Shown: piece after piece, positions 8,554 through 16,665 of the stretch
Layout of the letters: every line of letters starts with the position of its first letter
How positions within the stretch are numbered: the stretch's first letter is position 1
Source: Acidothermus cellulolyticus 11B
Lineage (GTDB): Bacteria > Actinomycetota > Actinomycetes > Acidothermales > Acidothermaceae
Assembly (NCBI RefSeq): GCF_000015025.1
Contig: NC_008578.1
Span: 2,370,001 to 2,402,000 of the forward strand
Direction: 5' to 3'
Length of the DNA: 32,000 nt
Translations under genes and position numbers: made by a program
The notes under the pieces: model-generated
What the model saw: the letters and a program-made list of their open reading frames with translations, nothing else
The model's database searches: none
Told to the model about the DNA's origin: nothing

Positions 8554-9615
8554 ATGCATGCGATCACGATTCGCGGTTTCGGCGGCCCGGACGTCCTCAC
8601 CTGGACCGAAGTCCCCGACCCGGTTCCTGCGTCCGGCGAGGTTGTCATCGATGTTGTCGCCGCCGGGGTGAATCGCGCCGATCTCCTGCAGCGCGAGGGC
8701 CACTACCCCCCGCCGCCAGGCGCGCCCGACATACCCGGCCTGGAATGCGCGGGTGTTATTTCCGCCGTCGGTCCCGGCGTCGATGGTTGGCAGCCGGGCG
8801 ACCGGGTCTGCGCTCTCCTTGGCGGTGGGGGGTACGCCGAGCGGGTCGCCGTCCGTGCCGACCACGTCCTCCCGATTCCCGCCGGCGTGACACTGGTTGA
8901 GGCCGCCGCCTTTCCAGAGGCCGCCTGCACCGTGTGGTCGACAGTGTTCATGGCCGCCAGGGCCCGGGCCGGCGAAACACTCCTCATCCACGGAGGTGCA
9001 AGCGGAATCGGCACCTTCGCGGTGCAACTTGCGACTGCTTGGGGGCTCCGGGTGACGGCGACGGCAGGCACTGCGGAGAAGTGCGAGCGGGTCCACGCAC
9101 TCGGCGCGGAGTTTGTCATCAATTACCGCACGCAAGACTTCGTGGCGGAAATATCGGCACGCACCGGGGGACGGGGCGTGGACGTCGTCCTCGACATCGT
9201 CGGTGGCCCGTACCTGGCCCGCAACCTCGCGGTCCTGGCGCCGGACGGCCGGATCGTCGTCATCGCCCTGCAGGGCGGCCGGCGGGCCGAACTCGACCTC
9301 GCTGCGCTCATGACCAAACGCGGCTCGATCTACGCCGCTGGACTGCGCGCCCGGCCGCCCGAGCAGAAGGCGGAGATCGTGAGCGAGGTGCGCACGCATG
9401 TGTGGCCGCTCATCGGATCCGGCCAAATCCGGCCGGTGATCGAGGCGCAGGTACCGATGCACGAGGCGGCACGTGCGCACCGCATCCTTGAGGCCGGTCG
9501 GCACGTGGGCAAGGTCGTCTTGGTGCACCCCGCGCGGGTCATGACCGAGACGTCGACACCGCCGGAAGAGACAGAGGCGGCACCGTCGGGTAGGCAGTCG
9601 ACACCGCCGAAATGA
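8554..9615 (+). CDS. qor: NAD(P)H:quinone oxidoreductase, zinc-independent MDR family (Qor/PIG3-like)
   Basis: ORF track 353 aa. GEVVIDVVAAGVNRADLLQREGHYPPPPGAPDIPGLECAGV and the GGASGIGTFAVQLA Rossmann motif are typical of quinone oxidoreductases. Confidence 0.85.
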   Translation: MHAITIRGFGGPDVLTWTEVPDPVPASGEVVIDVVAAGVNRADLLQREGHYPPPPGAPDIPGLECAGVISAVGPGVDGWQPGDRVCALLGGGGYAERVAVRADHVLPIPAGVTLVEAAAFPEAACTVWSTVFMAARARAGETLLIHGGASGIGTFAVQLATAWGLRVTATAGTAEKCERVHALGAEFVINYRTQDFVAEISARTGGRGVDVVLDIVGGPYLARNLAVLAPDGRIVVIALQGGRRAELDLAALMTKRGSIYAAGLRARPPEQKAEIVSEVRTHVWPLIGSGQIRPVIEAQVPMHEAARAHRILEAGRHVGKVVLVHPARVMTETSTPPEETEAAPSGRQSTPPK

Positions 9616-9644
9616 ACTGAAGCGATCCTGGGAGAATTGATGAC

Positions 9645-10175
9645 ATGACGCAGCAACCGGAGCAGGGGGAGCATCCCCGCGTCGTCGTCGTCGGCCCGGA
9701 GGGGATGGCCGTGGCCGGCGGTGAACCGGGCAAGCGCCCCGATCAGGACGACGACGAGTCCATCACCGATCTTGTCAACCAGCCGGCGAAGGTCATGCGG
9801 ATCGGCAGCATGATCCGCCAGCTGCTGGAGGAGGTGCGATCCGCTCCGCTCGACGAAGCCGGACGGAACCGGTTGAAGGAAATACACCGCTCGTCGATCC
9901 GCGAATTGGAGAGCGGTCTCGCGCCGGAGCTCGTCGAGGAGCTTGAACGGATCAGCTTGCCGTTCAGCGATTCCGAAGTGCCGAGCGAATCCGAGCTGCG
10001 CATCGCTCAGGCGCAACTCGTCGGATGGCTCGAAGGATTATTCCACGGCATTCAGACCGCGTTGGTCGCTCAACAGATGGCCGCCCGGGCTCAGCTCGAG
10101 CACATGCGGCGCGCCCTGCCCGCCGGTCAGCACCCCTCGCAGGAGGCCCGCTCCGGCTCCGGCATGTATTTGTGA
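9645..10175 (+). CDS. bpa: Bacterial proteasome activator Bpa/PafE (DUF2587)
   Basis: ORF track 176 aa. The core ITDLVNQPAKVMRIGSMIRQLLEEVRSAPLDEAGRNRL...ELRIAQAQLVGWLEGLFHGIQTALVAQQMAARAQL closely matches the mycobacterial Bpa (Rv3780) sequence as I remember it. It ends in a penultimate-Tyr tail, GMYL. Confidence 0.8.
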   Translation: MTQQPEQGEHPRVVVVGPEGMAVAGGEPGKRPDQDDDESITDLVNQPAKVMRIGSMIRQLLEEVRSAPLDEAGRNRLKEIHRSSIRELESGLAPELVEELERISLPFSDSEVPSESELRIAQAQLVGWLEGLFHGIQTALVAQQMAARAQLEHMRRALPAGQHPSQEARSGSGMYL

Positions 10176-10972
10176 GACCCGAGGAAGTCCTCGAGGACAC
10201 GAGCTACTCCGTCCGCATCGTTGGACGGCGCTAGCGCATCGGCTGCCGCGCGAACCACCGGATGCGCGTTGGCCATCGCGTAGCCGCAGCCCGCCCAGCG
10301 AAGTAATCCGATGTCGTTCGGCATATCACCGAACGCAACAACCTCCGCCGCAGAAATACCCATCCTGGCGGCAAGCAACGCAACCGTGCTTGCCTTGCTC
10401 ACACCCTTGGCGCTGATTTCCACCAGGTTCCGGCCATTTGAATGCGTAACCTCAGCGATGGCATCCACACGAGGCCGGACGAATTCCAACAGCTCATCGG
10501 CGGACAACCTCGGGTGGTACACCAGCAGTTTCGCAGCCGCCAACCCAGCAAGTTCCCGTAGTGAACAGGGCCGCACGCCGCCGTCCTGATGCCACCCACC
10601 GCGATATCCGTCAACCGCATACGTGTCCGCGCCCGTTTCCACCGCGAAGCGGACGTCAGGTGCCGCGGCTGCGAGCACCGCAACGATCCGGGCGACATCG
10701 ACCGGCGCCAGGAGAAATTCTTCGACGACCCGGTCGGCGCGCGGATCGTAGATGATGGCACCATTCGCACAGATCGCCGGACTGTCGATCCCGGTCGCCG
10801 CAATGACGGGCTTCATCCACCGCGGCGGCCGGCCGCTCACGAGGACGACGACAGCGCCGGCGTCGACCACCCGGCGCAGCACCGTCACGGTCCGCGGTGA
10901 GACCGTGCCGTCGGAGCGGACCAGCGTGCCGTCGAGGTCAGTCGCGACCAGGCGGATCGTTGTCACCGTCAC
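10127..10972 (-). CDS. HAD-superfamily hydrolase, Cof-type (subfamily IIB)
   Basis: ORF track 281 aa. Motif I is [15 protein letters not shown] and a late GDMPND (motif IV) are present. Its ATG overlaps the serS stop (ATGA). Confidence 0.85.
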   Translation of the reverse strand: MTVTTIRLVATDLDGTLVRSDGTVSPRTVTVLRRVVDAGAVVVLVSGRPPRWMKPVIAATGIDSPAICANGAIIYDPRADRVVEEFLLAPVDVARIVAVLAAAAPDVRFAVETGADTYAVDGYRGGWHQDGGVRPCSLRELAGLAAAKLLVYHPRLSADELLEFVRPRVDAIAEVTHSNGRNLVEISAKGVSKASTVALLAARMGISAAEVVAFGDMPNDIGLLRWAGCGYAMANAHPVVRAAADALAPSNDADGVARVLEDFLGSHKYMPEPERASCEGC

Positions 10973-12231
10973 CGCTTCGGCCGCAACACGTCGGTGCCCA
11001 AATAGTCCCGGAGCGCACGCGGAACGACAACCGACCCGTCGGCCTGCTGATGGTTCTCCAGAACCGCCACAATGGTGCGCGGAATAGCGACCAGGGTGCC
11101 GTTGAGCGTGGCCAGCGGACGGATTCCCTGCTCGTCACGCATTCGGATATCCAACCGGCGAGCCTGAAACTCCGTGCAATTCGAGGTGGACGTCACCTCG
11201 CGATAGCGGCCTTGGGTCGGAATCCAGGCCTCGCAGTCGAATTTTCGGGCGGCGCTGGCGCCGAGATCTCCGGTAGCGACGTCGATGACCCGGAACGGAA
11301 TCTCGAGCGCGGTGAGAAATTGCTTCTCCCACTCAAGCAGTCGCCGATGCTCGGCTGCCGCCTCTCCGACGGTCGTGAAGGAGAACATCTCGACTTTGTC
11401 GAACTGATGGACGCGGATGATGCCCCGGGTGTCCTTGCCGTGTGATCCAGCCTCGCGCCGGAAGCAGGTGGAGAAACCGACGTAACGCCGCGGCAGCTGG
11501 GCAGCGTCGAGAATTTCCCCCATGTGATACGCGGCGAGCGAGACCTCCGACGTTCCCACCAAATAGAAGTCGTCTTTCTCGAGATGAAAGACATTCTCCG
11601 CCGCCTGGCCAAGAAATCCGGTGCCCTCCATGGCCGGGGGACGCACCAGCACCGGCGGAATGACCGGTACGAATCCGGCGGTGACCGCTTGCCGGAGTGC
11701 AAGGTCAACGAGCGCGAATTCGAGCAGTGCGCCGACTCCGGTGAGGTAGTAGAACCGGCTTCCGGACACCTTCGCCGCCCGCTCGACGTCGATGGCACCG
11801 AGCCGCTCGCCGAGTTCCAGATGGTCGCGAGGGGGGAACGAGAACGTTGGTGGCGTGCCGATCTCTTCGAGGACGACGAAATCCTCCTCGCCGCCGCGGG
11901 GCGCCTCGTCGTCGACAAGGTTGGAGATCGCAAGCAGCGCCTCCCGGCATGCGGCATCCGCGTCGTCCCGTGCCGCTTCAGCCGCCTTGACGAGTTCGGC
12001 AAGCTCCTTGGCTCGGTCAAGGAGAGCCGGCTTTTCGTCCGGCGGAGCCGAGGCGATCCGGCGGCCTAAGGCCTTCTGCTCGGCGCGGAGCGCTTCGAAC
12101 CGCGCAACGGCGGCGCGGCGATTCTCGTCCGCGGCGAGAGCCGCATCGACGAGGCCCGGATCCTCGCCGCGAGCCCGTTGCGACGCGCGCAACCGCTCCG
12201 GGTCATCCCGCAGAAGCCTGAGGTCGATCAC
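10969..12231 (-). CDS. serS: Seryl-tRNA synthetase
   Basis: ORF track frame 10969..12282. The canonical N-terminus is (V)[11 protein letters not shown], followed by a coiled-coil arm and class II motifs ([16 protein letters not shown]). GTG at 12231 forms a GTGA overlap with the pheA stop. The 17 upstream codons in the track ([17 protein letters not shown]) look like over-extension. Confidence 0.93.
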   Translation of the reverse strand: MIDLRLLRDDPERLRASQRARGEDPGLVDAALAADENRRAAVARFEALRAEQKALGRRIASAPPDEKPALLDRAKELAELVKAAEAARDDADAACREALLAISNLVDDEAPRGGEEDFVVLEEIGTPPTFSFPPRDHLELGERLGAIDVERAAKVSGSRFYYLTGVGALLEFALVDLALRQAVTAGFVPVIPPVLVRPPAMEGTGFLGQAAENVFHLEKDDFYLVGTSEVSLAAYHMGEILDAAQLPRRYVGFSTCFRREAGSHGKDTRGIIRVHQFDKVEMFSFTTVGEAAAEHRRLLEWEKQFLTALEIPFRVIDVATGDLGASAARKFDCEAWIPTQGRYREVTSTSNCTEFQARRLDIRMRDEQGIRPLATLNGTLVAIPRTIVAVLENHQQADGSVVVPRALRDYLGTDVLRPKR

Positions 12232-13184
12232 GGCTCGGTCGGCTCCTCGTCGACGATGCCGGCGCGGAGCCGGCGCAACCATTCAGCCGCCTCAGCAAAG
12301 TCGGCGTCCGAGGTACCGCGCCGGGTTGTCGGTTCGGCACCGTCGGCTCGTGGATAACTGCCGAGGAACCGGACCGCGGCGCAGATTCGACGCAATCCCA
12401 TCAGAGCTTCGCCCACCCGGGCGTCCGCGATGTGACCTTCACAGTCGATAGAGAAGCAGTACCGGCCGAGCTTGCCGCCGGCGGGTCGGGATTCGATCCA
12501 CGTGAGGTTGATGCCGCGGACGGCGAATTCGGTCAGCACCTCGAGCAATGCGCCCGGGTGGTCCTCACCGATCCACGCGACGAGCGACGTCTTGTCCGCT
12601 CCGGTCCGCGGCATCGGCGGCCCGGGCCGACGGAGGAGGAGAAATCGGGTCACGGCGTGGCCGTGGTCGTGAATGTCATCGTCCAGGATTTTCAGGCCGT
12701 ACCGTTCCGCCGCAAGCGCCGAGGTAATGGCCGCGTCGAGATTTTCCGTGCCGGAGGCCGCCATTGCTGCGGCGTCAGCATTAGAGCCGGCCGGAACGAC
12801 CTCGGCCTCCGGGAGGTTCTCCGCGATCCACCGCCGGCACTGGGCCTCCGCCTGCGGGTGCGCGGCAACCCGGCGTACCTGCTCGCGCGTCGCACCCGGA
12901 GGAACGGCGAAGGCGAATCCGACGTCGAGCAGCACCTCGCGGCAAATATGGAGAAGCTCGCCGGAGGACAATTCGTCAATCGTGCTGTCCACTCCGCCCC
13001 CGACGGAGTTCTCGACCGGAACCAGCGCTGCGCTCACCTCACCTCGACGCACCGCATCAAGGGCGGTCGCCACGCTGCGATAGGGCAGGAGAATCGCGCC
13101 GGCTGTTTCGGGCAGTGAGCGCAACGCCGCTTCGCTGAAGGTGCCTTCCGGCCCCAAATAGGCGTACCTCGGAACGTCAGCCAT
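12228..13184 (-). CDS. pheA: Prephenate dehydratase (PDT + ACT domains)
   Basis: ORF track 318 aa. [13 protein letters not shown]-terminus; NSVGG (for ENSxxG) and TRFLLL motifs; C-terminal ACT region (SLVAW...[24 protein letters not shown]). Confidence 0.9.
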   Translation of the reverse strand: MADVPRYAYLGPEGTFSEAALRSLPETAGAILLPYRSVATALDAVRRGEVSAALVPVENSVGGGVDSTIDELSSGELLHICREVLLDVGFAFAVPPGATREQVRRVAAHPQAEAQCRRWIAENLPEAEVVPAGSNADAAAMAASGTENLDAAITSALAAERYGLKILDDDIHDHGHAVTRFLLLRRPGPPMPRTGADKTSLVAWIGEDHPGALLEVLTEFAVRGINLTWIESRPAGGKLGRYCFSIDCEGHIADARVGEALMGLRRICAAVRFLGSYPRADGAEPTTRRGTSDADFAEAAEWLRRLRAGIVDEEPTEP

Positions 13185-13237
13185 GCAAACCTGACACCTC
13201 GACGACGTCCCGATCCGGCGTACCTTCGAGCAGCCGA

Positions 13238-13789
13238 TTACCCATGTGCATCCACCATTCGTGGTTCCGATGCCGGGGGCGATCCGGCCGCCGGCCCGGC
13301 GGAGACCGACCGGAGCGCAAACCGGATAGCCTGCTCTTCTTCCGGAGAGAGCGGCTGGTCGCTGCTCCCGCCCCGGACACCCTTGGCATACGTACGTGTC
13401 TCGGTCCGGCCGTGGATGGCGCTGATGACCAGGCCGTCACCGGCGTCATCGAGAATCGCCGCGGAGAACGAGAGGCGCCCGCCCATGTCGCCGAAAGCGT
13501 CATAGCGGACGACGGCGACGTGTCGTAAGGAACGGGCCACGTCACCGCTCAGGGCGGTCAGCCGCCGTTGCGCAGCGGCGATGTCGGCGCGCAGGCCCGC
13601 CGTCTCCTCGACGTAGCGCGCGACGGTGGAGACCAACGCATCGCCGTCAGTGCCTGCGAACGCCCGCTCGTAGGCGCGCCGCATGCGGCGCAGCCGCAGG
13701 TGCCCGATCACGGAGAACACGCCACCAAGGACAGCGACCGCGAGCGCTCCCAGCGCGATGAGAGCGACGGTGGTGGTGGACAACGACAC
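13238..13789 (-). CDS. DUF4446-family membrane-anchored protein
   Basis: ORF track 183 aa. N-terminal TM helix, then VAVVRYDAFGDMGGRLSFSAAILDDAGDGLVISAIHGR..TRTYAKGV. I recall this pattern as the DUF4446 family often found beside pheA/serS in actinomycetes. Confidence 0.7.
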   Translation of the reverse strand: MSLSTTTVALIALGALAVAVLGGVFSVIGHLRLRRMRRAYERAFAGTDGDALVSTVARYVEETAGLRADIAAAQRRLTALSGDVARSLRHVAVVRYDAFGDMGGRLSFSAAILDDAGDGLVISAIHGRTETRTYAKGVRGGSSDQPLSPEEEQAIRFALRSVSAGPAAGSPPASEPRMVDAHG

Positions 13790-13997
13790 GTCAAGAGCCT
13801 ATCCCGCGGCAGCTGGACCCACCCGGCGCGCACCAGGCGGCAGTCGCCGCCGGGCCGGGACCGCCGCCGGGCCGAGCCGCGCCGGGCCGGGGGCCGAGCC
13901 GCGCCGGACGGGGCGGACCGGGACCGTCAGGCCGGCACCGGAGCCGGGGAGTCACGCCAGGGCCGTCAGGCCGGCGCCGCCGTACCAGCTAACGCCG
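13790..13997. repeat. Very GC-rich intergenic spacer with short direct repeats
   Basis: GGCCGAGCCGCGCCGG occurs at 13870-13885 and 13892-13907 (22-bp period). CCGTCAGGCCGGC occurs at 13924-13936 and 13963-13975. Confidence 0.6.
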
Positions 13998-14537
13998 TCA
14001 ATGACCCGCGACGGGTGCAAAGAAAGTCAGCGAACCGATGATGGCGCCGTCCGAATCGTGAAGCGGCGCGGAAATCGCGTCCAGCGTCGCCGTCGTGCCG
14101 TCTGGACGGCGTATCCGGATGAGACCGCGGCTGAGAACGCCGCCGGCGAGCGCTTGAGTCGGGGGGACATGCGCCCGGTCACCGAGAGGCTGAGCGGCTG
14201 CCGAGAAGTCAACGATGGCGAAGACGTCGCCCACGAGCCGCCGTCCGACGAGCGCCGCCGGCTCCTCATCGACGAGAGCTGCCGCCGATGTCGAGATTCC
14301 CGCGATCCGGCCGTCACGATCCAGGACCAGACACGGGTCGGCGGCGGTCGCGACGACGGTCACCCAGGACCGTAACGCCTCCCGCAACGGCGGCAACTCG
14401 GCCGCTGTGCGGGAAATGAGCGGTATCAGCAAATAGGACATCGGCCGCGGATCGTCCAGCGGATTCCCGGGCGATCCGGGCGCATGCCCGGCCGGTCCCG
14501 GCATGGTAAATGCCGTGGCATCAGAACCCGTGCGCAT
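13998..14537 (-). CDS. Stand-alone PAS-domain protein
   Basis: ORF track 179 aa. It has a PAS-like core (CLVLDRDGRIAGISTSAAALVD...LVGRRL...IRIRRPDGTTATLDAISAPLHDSDGAIIGSLTFF) and no output domain. An alternative start lies at 14441. Confidence 0.65.
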   Translation of the reverse strand: MRTGSDATAFTMPGPAGHAPGSPGNPLDDPRPMSYLLIPLISRTAAELPPLREALRSWVTVVATAADPCLVLDRDGRIAGISTSAAALVDEEPAALVGRRLVGDVFAIVDFSAAAQPLGDRAHVPPTQALAGGVLSRGLIRIRRPDGTTATLDAISAPLHDSDGAIIGSLTFFAPVAGH

Positions 14538-15228
14538 CCCCCCACCCTTCGTACTTTTTCTAGCTTGACATGCCGATCAGGACGGCGGTATCGGACATCC
14601 GGCGGTTCGGCGCGGCGGCCATTCGGCTTAACCCGCTTGCCGGACCTGCATTGCCATATTTCTCTCTAAGAGGAAATCACCGGCAGCCGGCGGGAAATCG
14701 TGCGCAAATTCCCGAAATTGCCCTGTCGTATGTCCGAGAATTCGACAAACCGGACGATCCGGCTGTCGTGATCACTCCGTAAACAACGGACTTCGCGGTG
14801 GACGCGCAGCTCTTCGTCACCAGGACACCTGATCTGCGCTGAAGCAGCCGGTCGCGAGAGCGTCCCGCTGCGAGGCTCCACGCGGACGCTCAATGTCAAG
14901 ACAGGCCCTTGGGATCGTCGCACGTTCGCGGTCGCCGGCGAACGGACCGCTTCGCCAGCCGAACGCCGGCCGGAGAAGACTGGGCCCGGGGGCTGTGGCA
15001 CGTCATGGCCAGAAGCGGCGCGCGGCTGGACCGCAGAGAAGACGCCAGAGAAGACAGGGCCCGGGTGCCGCCGACGGGGGATGCAGCAGCACCCGGGTGA
15101 CTGAACTTTACAACGCCTGTCGAGTCACGCCAAGAGGATCGCGGTAAGAGATACCCCGTTAGGGTCCCAAGGAGCTATGGCGTCACCCGATCAGCTGAAT
15201 TCCCCCGGTCATTTGGACCCGCGCGCAG

Positions 15229-15684
15229 CTAGCAGCAGACGCGTTCCGGCTGCTGAATCGGCACAATGGCCCAGACCATTGTTCGTCCGGGCTGCCGGTC
15301 AACACCCCAGCGGGAGACAAGTCGCGCCACGATAGATAACCCACGCCCAGCCGTGGCCGTCGTGCCGACATCTTGGACCGCAGGCAGCGTGGGGCCACCG
15401 CCGTCGACAACCGCGAGCTGGACGCCGTCCGGAGTCACGTCCCAGCAGACCTCCAGCATCCCGTCATCGAGCCTCCGACCATGTTGCAGCGCATTGCAGA
15501 ACAGCTCGCTGGCGACGAGGACGACGTCATCACGAACGGACGTCGGGAGATCGGCAAGCTCGCGGCGGAGCAGTGCTCGGACACCGCGGACGCTCGCGGC
15601 GGTCGCCGGCACCCGGACGGAATGCACGGCTCCTCCCTCCTCGCTGAGCCTCCGCGGCGTGGTCATCTTCCGACCTCGACACAC
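15229..15684 (-). CDS. RsbW/SpoIIAB-like anti-sigma-factor serine kinase (HATPase_c_2 domain only)
   Basis: ORF track 151 aa. VLVASELFCNALQHG (N-box-like), VVDGGG and GRGLSIVARLVSRWGV (G-box-like) fit the small anti-sigma kinase family. The likely start is the ATG at 15666 (MTTPRR). Confidence 0.7.
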   Translation of the reverse strand: MCRGRKMTTPRRLSEEGGAVHSVRVPATAASVRGVRALLRRELADLPTSVRDDVVLVASELFCNALQHGRRLDDGMLEVCWDVTPDGVQLAVVDGGGPTLPAVQDVGTTATAGRGLSIVARLVSRWGVDRQPGRTMVWAIVPIQQPERVCC

Positions 15685-16223
15685 GTACAGGTATGCGATC
15701 GGTATATCTCCGCTAGAACTTCGGGAAACACGTGGCGCAGCTTGATTTCTCCCACCTGGACATCAGGACTCGTCCGTGCGGTTCCCTCGTTAGTGTCCGT
15801 GTGGGATCATGCGCCGGGTCGGCGACACGCCGTCAGTGCCGCAACAGCGGCACCGGAGGGCTGCGCCGCATTCGCCGGTACGGCGGAGGTGGGCGCTTCC
15901 AGCGGACCGTCGGCGCCGCGAGCCGCGCCGCCCGCTAAAGTCACCGCGGACCTGACGTGGGTGGCATCGAGCTGCGACTCCTACGCGCCTTCCGAGCCAT
16001 GAAGTCACTGCGGCCATGGCGTGGCGCGTGGTCACCCGTCCGGCGACGACGTACGATCACGGCGGTTGCAGGGCGGCAGGGTCGGCAAGCGCCCGGTCGG
16101 CGGGGTAGGCAAGCGCCTGAGCGGCGACGGCACGGGCACGAGACGACGCGATTGCCGGCGCGAGCCCAAACCGGAACAGCACGGGCGCGTGCCGACTGGA
16201 ACGTGCGGAAAGGAAGCGGATCC

Positions 16224-16550
16224 ATGTTGATCGTCACAACGAATGAGATTCCCGGCTACCGCATCGACGAAATTCTGGGATCTGTCTGGGGTTTGACCGT
16301 GCGATCCCGCAATATCGTCAGCCAATTCGGCGCCGGGCTCAAATCCATCTTCGGTGGTGAGCTGCGGGGCATGACAACCGTCCTGATTGACAGCCGAAAC
16401 CAGGCCATGCAACGACTCGTCGAAGAAGCGACCGCGCGGGGCGCGAACGCGATACTGGCGATGCGGTTCGACACCAGCGAGATCGGCGGAATGTGGACGG
16501 AAATTTGCGCATACGGAACGGCGGCCCGGGTCAGCCGGTTGAACTCCTGA
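16224..16550 (+). CDS. YbjQ/UPF0145 family protein (putative heavy-metal-binding domain)
   Basis: Within track ORF 15957..16550. MLIVTTNEIPGYRIDEILGSVWGLTVRSRNIVSQFGAGLKSIFGGELRGMT...ANAILAMRFDTSEIGG..EICAYGTAARV is a full-length YbjQ fold. AGGAAG SD lies 7 nt before the ATG at 16224. The Arg-rich 89-codon upstream extension is not credible. Confidence 0.85.
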   Translation: MLIVTTNEIPGYRIDEILGSVWGLTVRSRNIVSQFGAGLKSIFGGELRGMTTVLIDSRNQAMQRLVEEATARGANAILAMRFDTSEIGGMWTEICAYGTAARVSRLNS

Positions 16551-16644
16551 CCGGCTCGCCGACGGCACGCCTTCGACGCATCCGGCGGGGCGACCTGCAC
16601 CACCGCAACTCCTGACCGGCTCGCCGACGGCACGCCTTCGACGC
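16542..16644. repeat. Perfect 38-bp direct repeat (65-bp period) spanning the ybjQ stop codon
   Basis: AACTCCTGACCGGCTCGCCGACGGCACGCCTTCGACGC occurs at 16542-16579 and again at 16607-16644. The first copy contains the last two sense codons (AAC TCC) and the TGA of ybjQ. Confidence 0.9.
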
Positions 16645-16665
16645 CGCGGCTTCACGTGAGGTCAG

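Noticed and set aside
14157-14177. CTTGAGT heptamer inside the PAS gene; considered as another HAIR half-site
   Set aside because: No ACTCAAG partner lies at N7 (the sequence continues CGGGGGGACATGCG), and the heptamer is inside coding sequence. A chance occurrence.
14666-15001. 111-aa minus-strand ORF (and the 70-aa + ORF at 14570-14782) inside the large gap; considered as a missing STAS/anti-sigma antagonist
   Set aside because: There is no STAS-like motif, and the composition is Arg/Ser/Pro-rich. My hand count gives GC3 of only ~68% (and ~60%), below neighbouring genes, and there is no convincing SD. Kept only as part of the 'unassigned gap' finding.
15170-15330. 52-codon + strand ORF starting at ATG 15176 behind AAGGAG
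   Set aside because: The SD-to-ATG spacing is only 2 nt. Most of the ORF lies antisense to the RsbW-like gene, and its product is low-complexity.
15957-16223. 89-codon N-terminal extension of the YbjQ ORF in the track
   Set aside because: The extension is extremely Arg-rich (RRRRTITAVAGRQGRQAPGRRGRQAPERRRHGH). YbjQ-family proteins are about 105-110 aa. A good SD (AGGAAG) precedes the internal ATG at 16224, where the conserved MLIVTT N-terminus begins.
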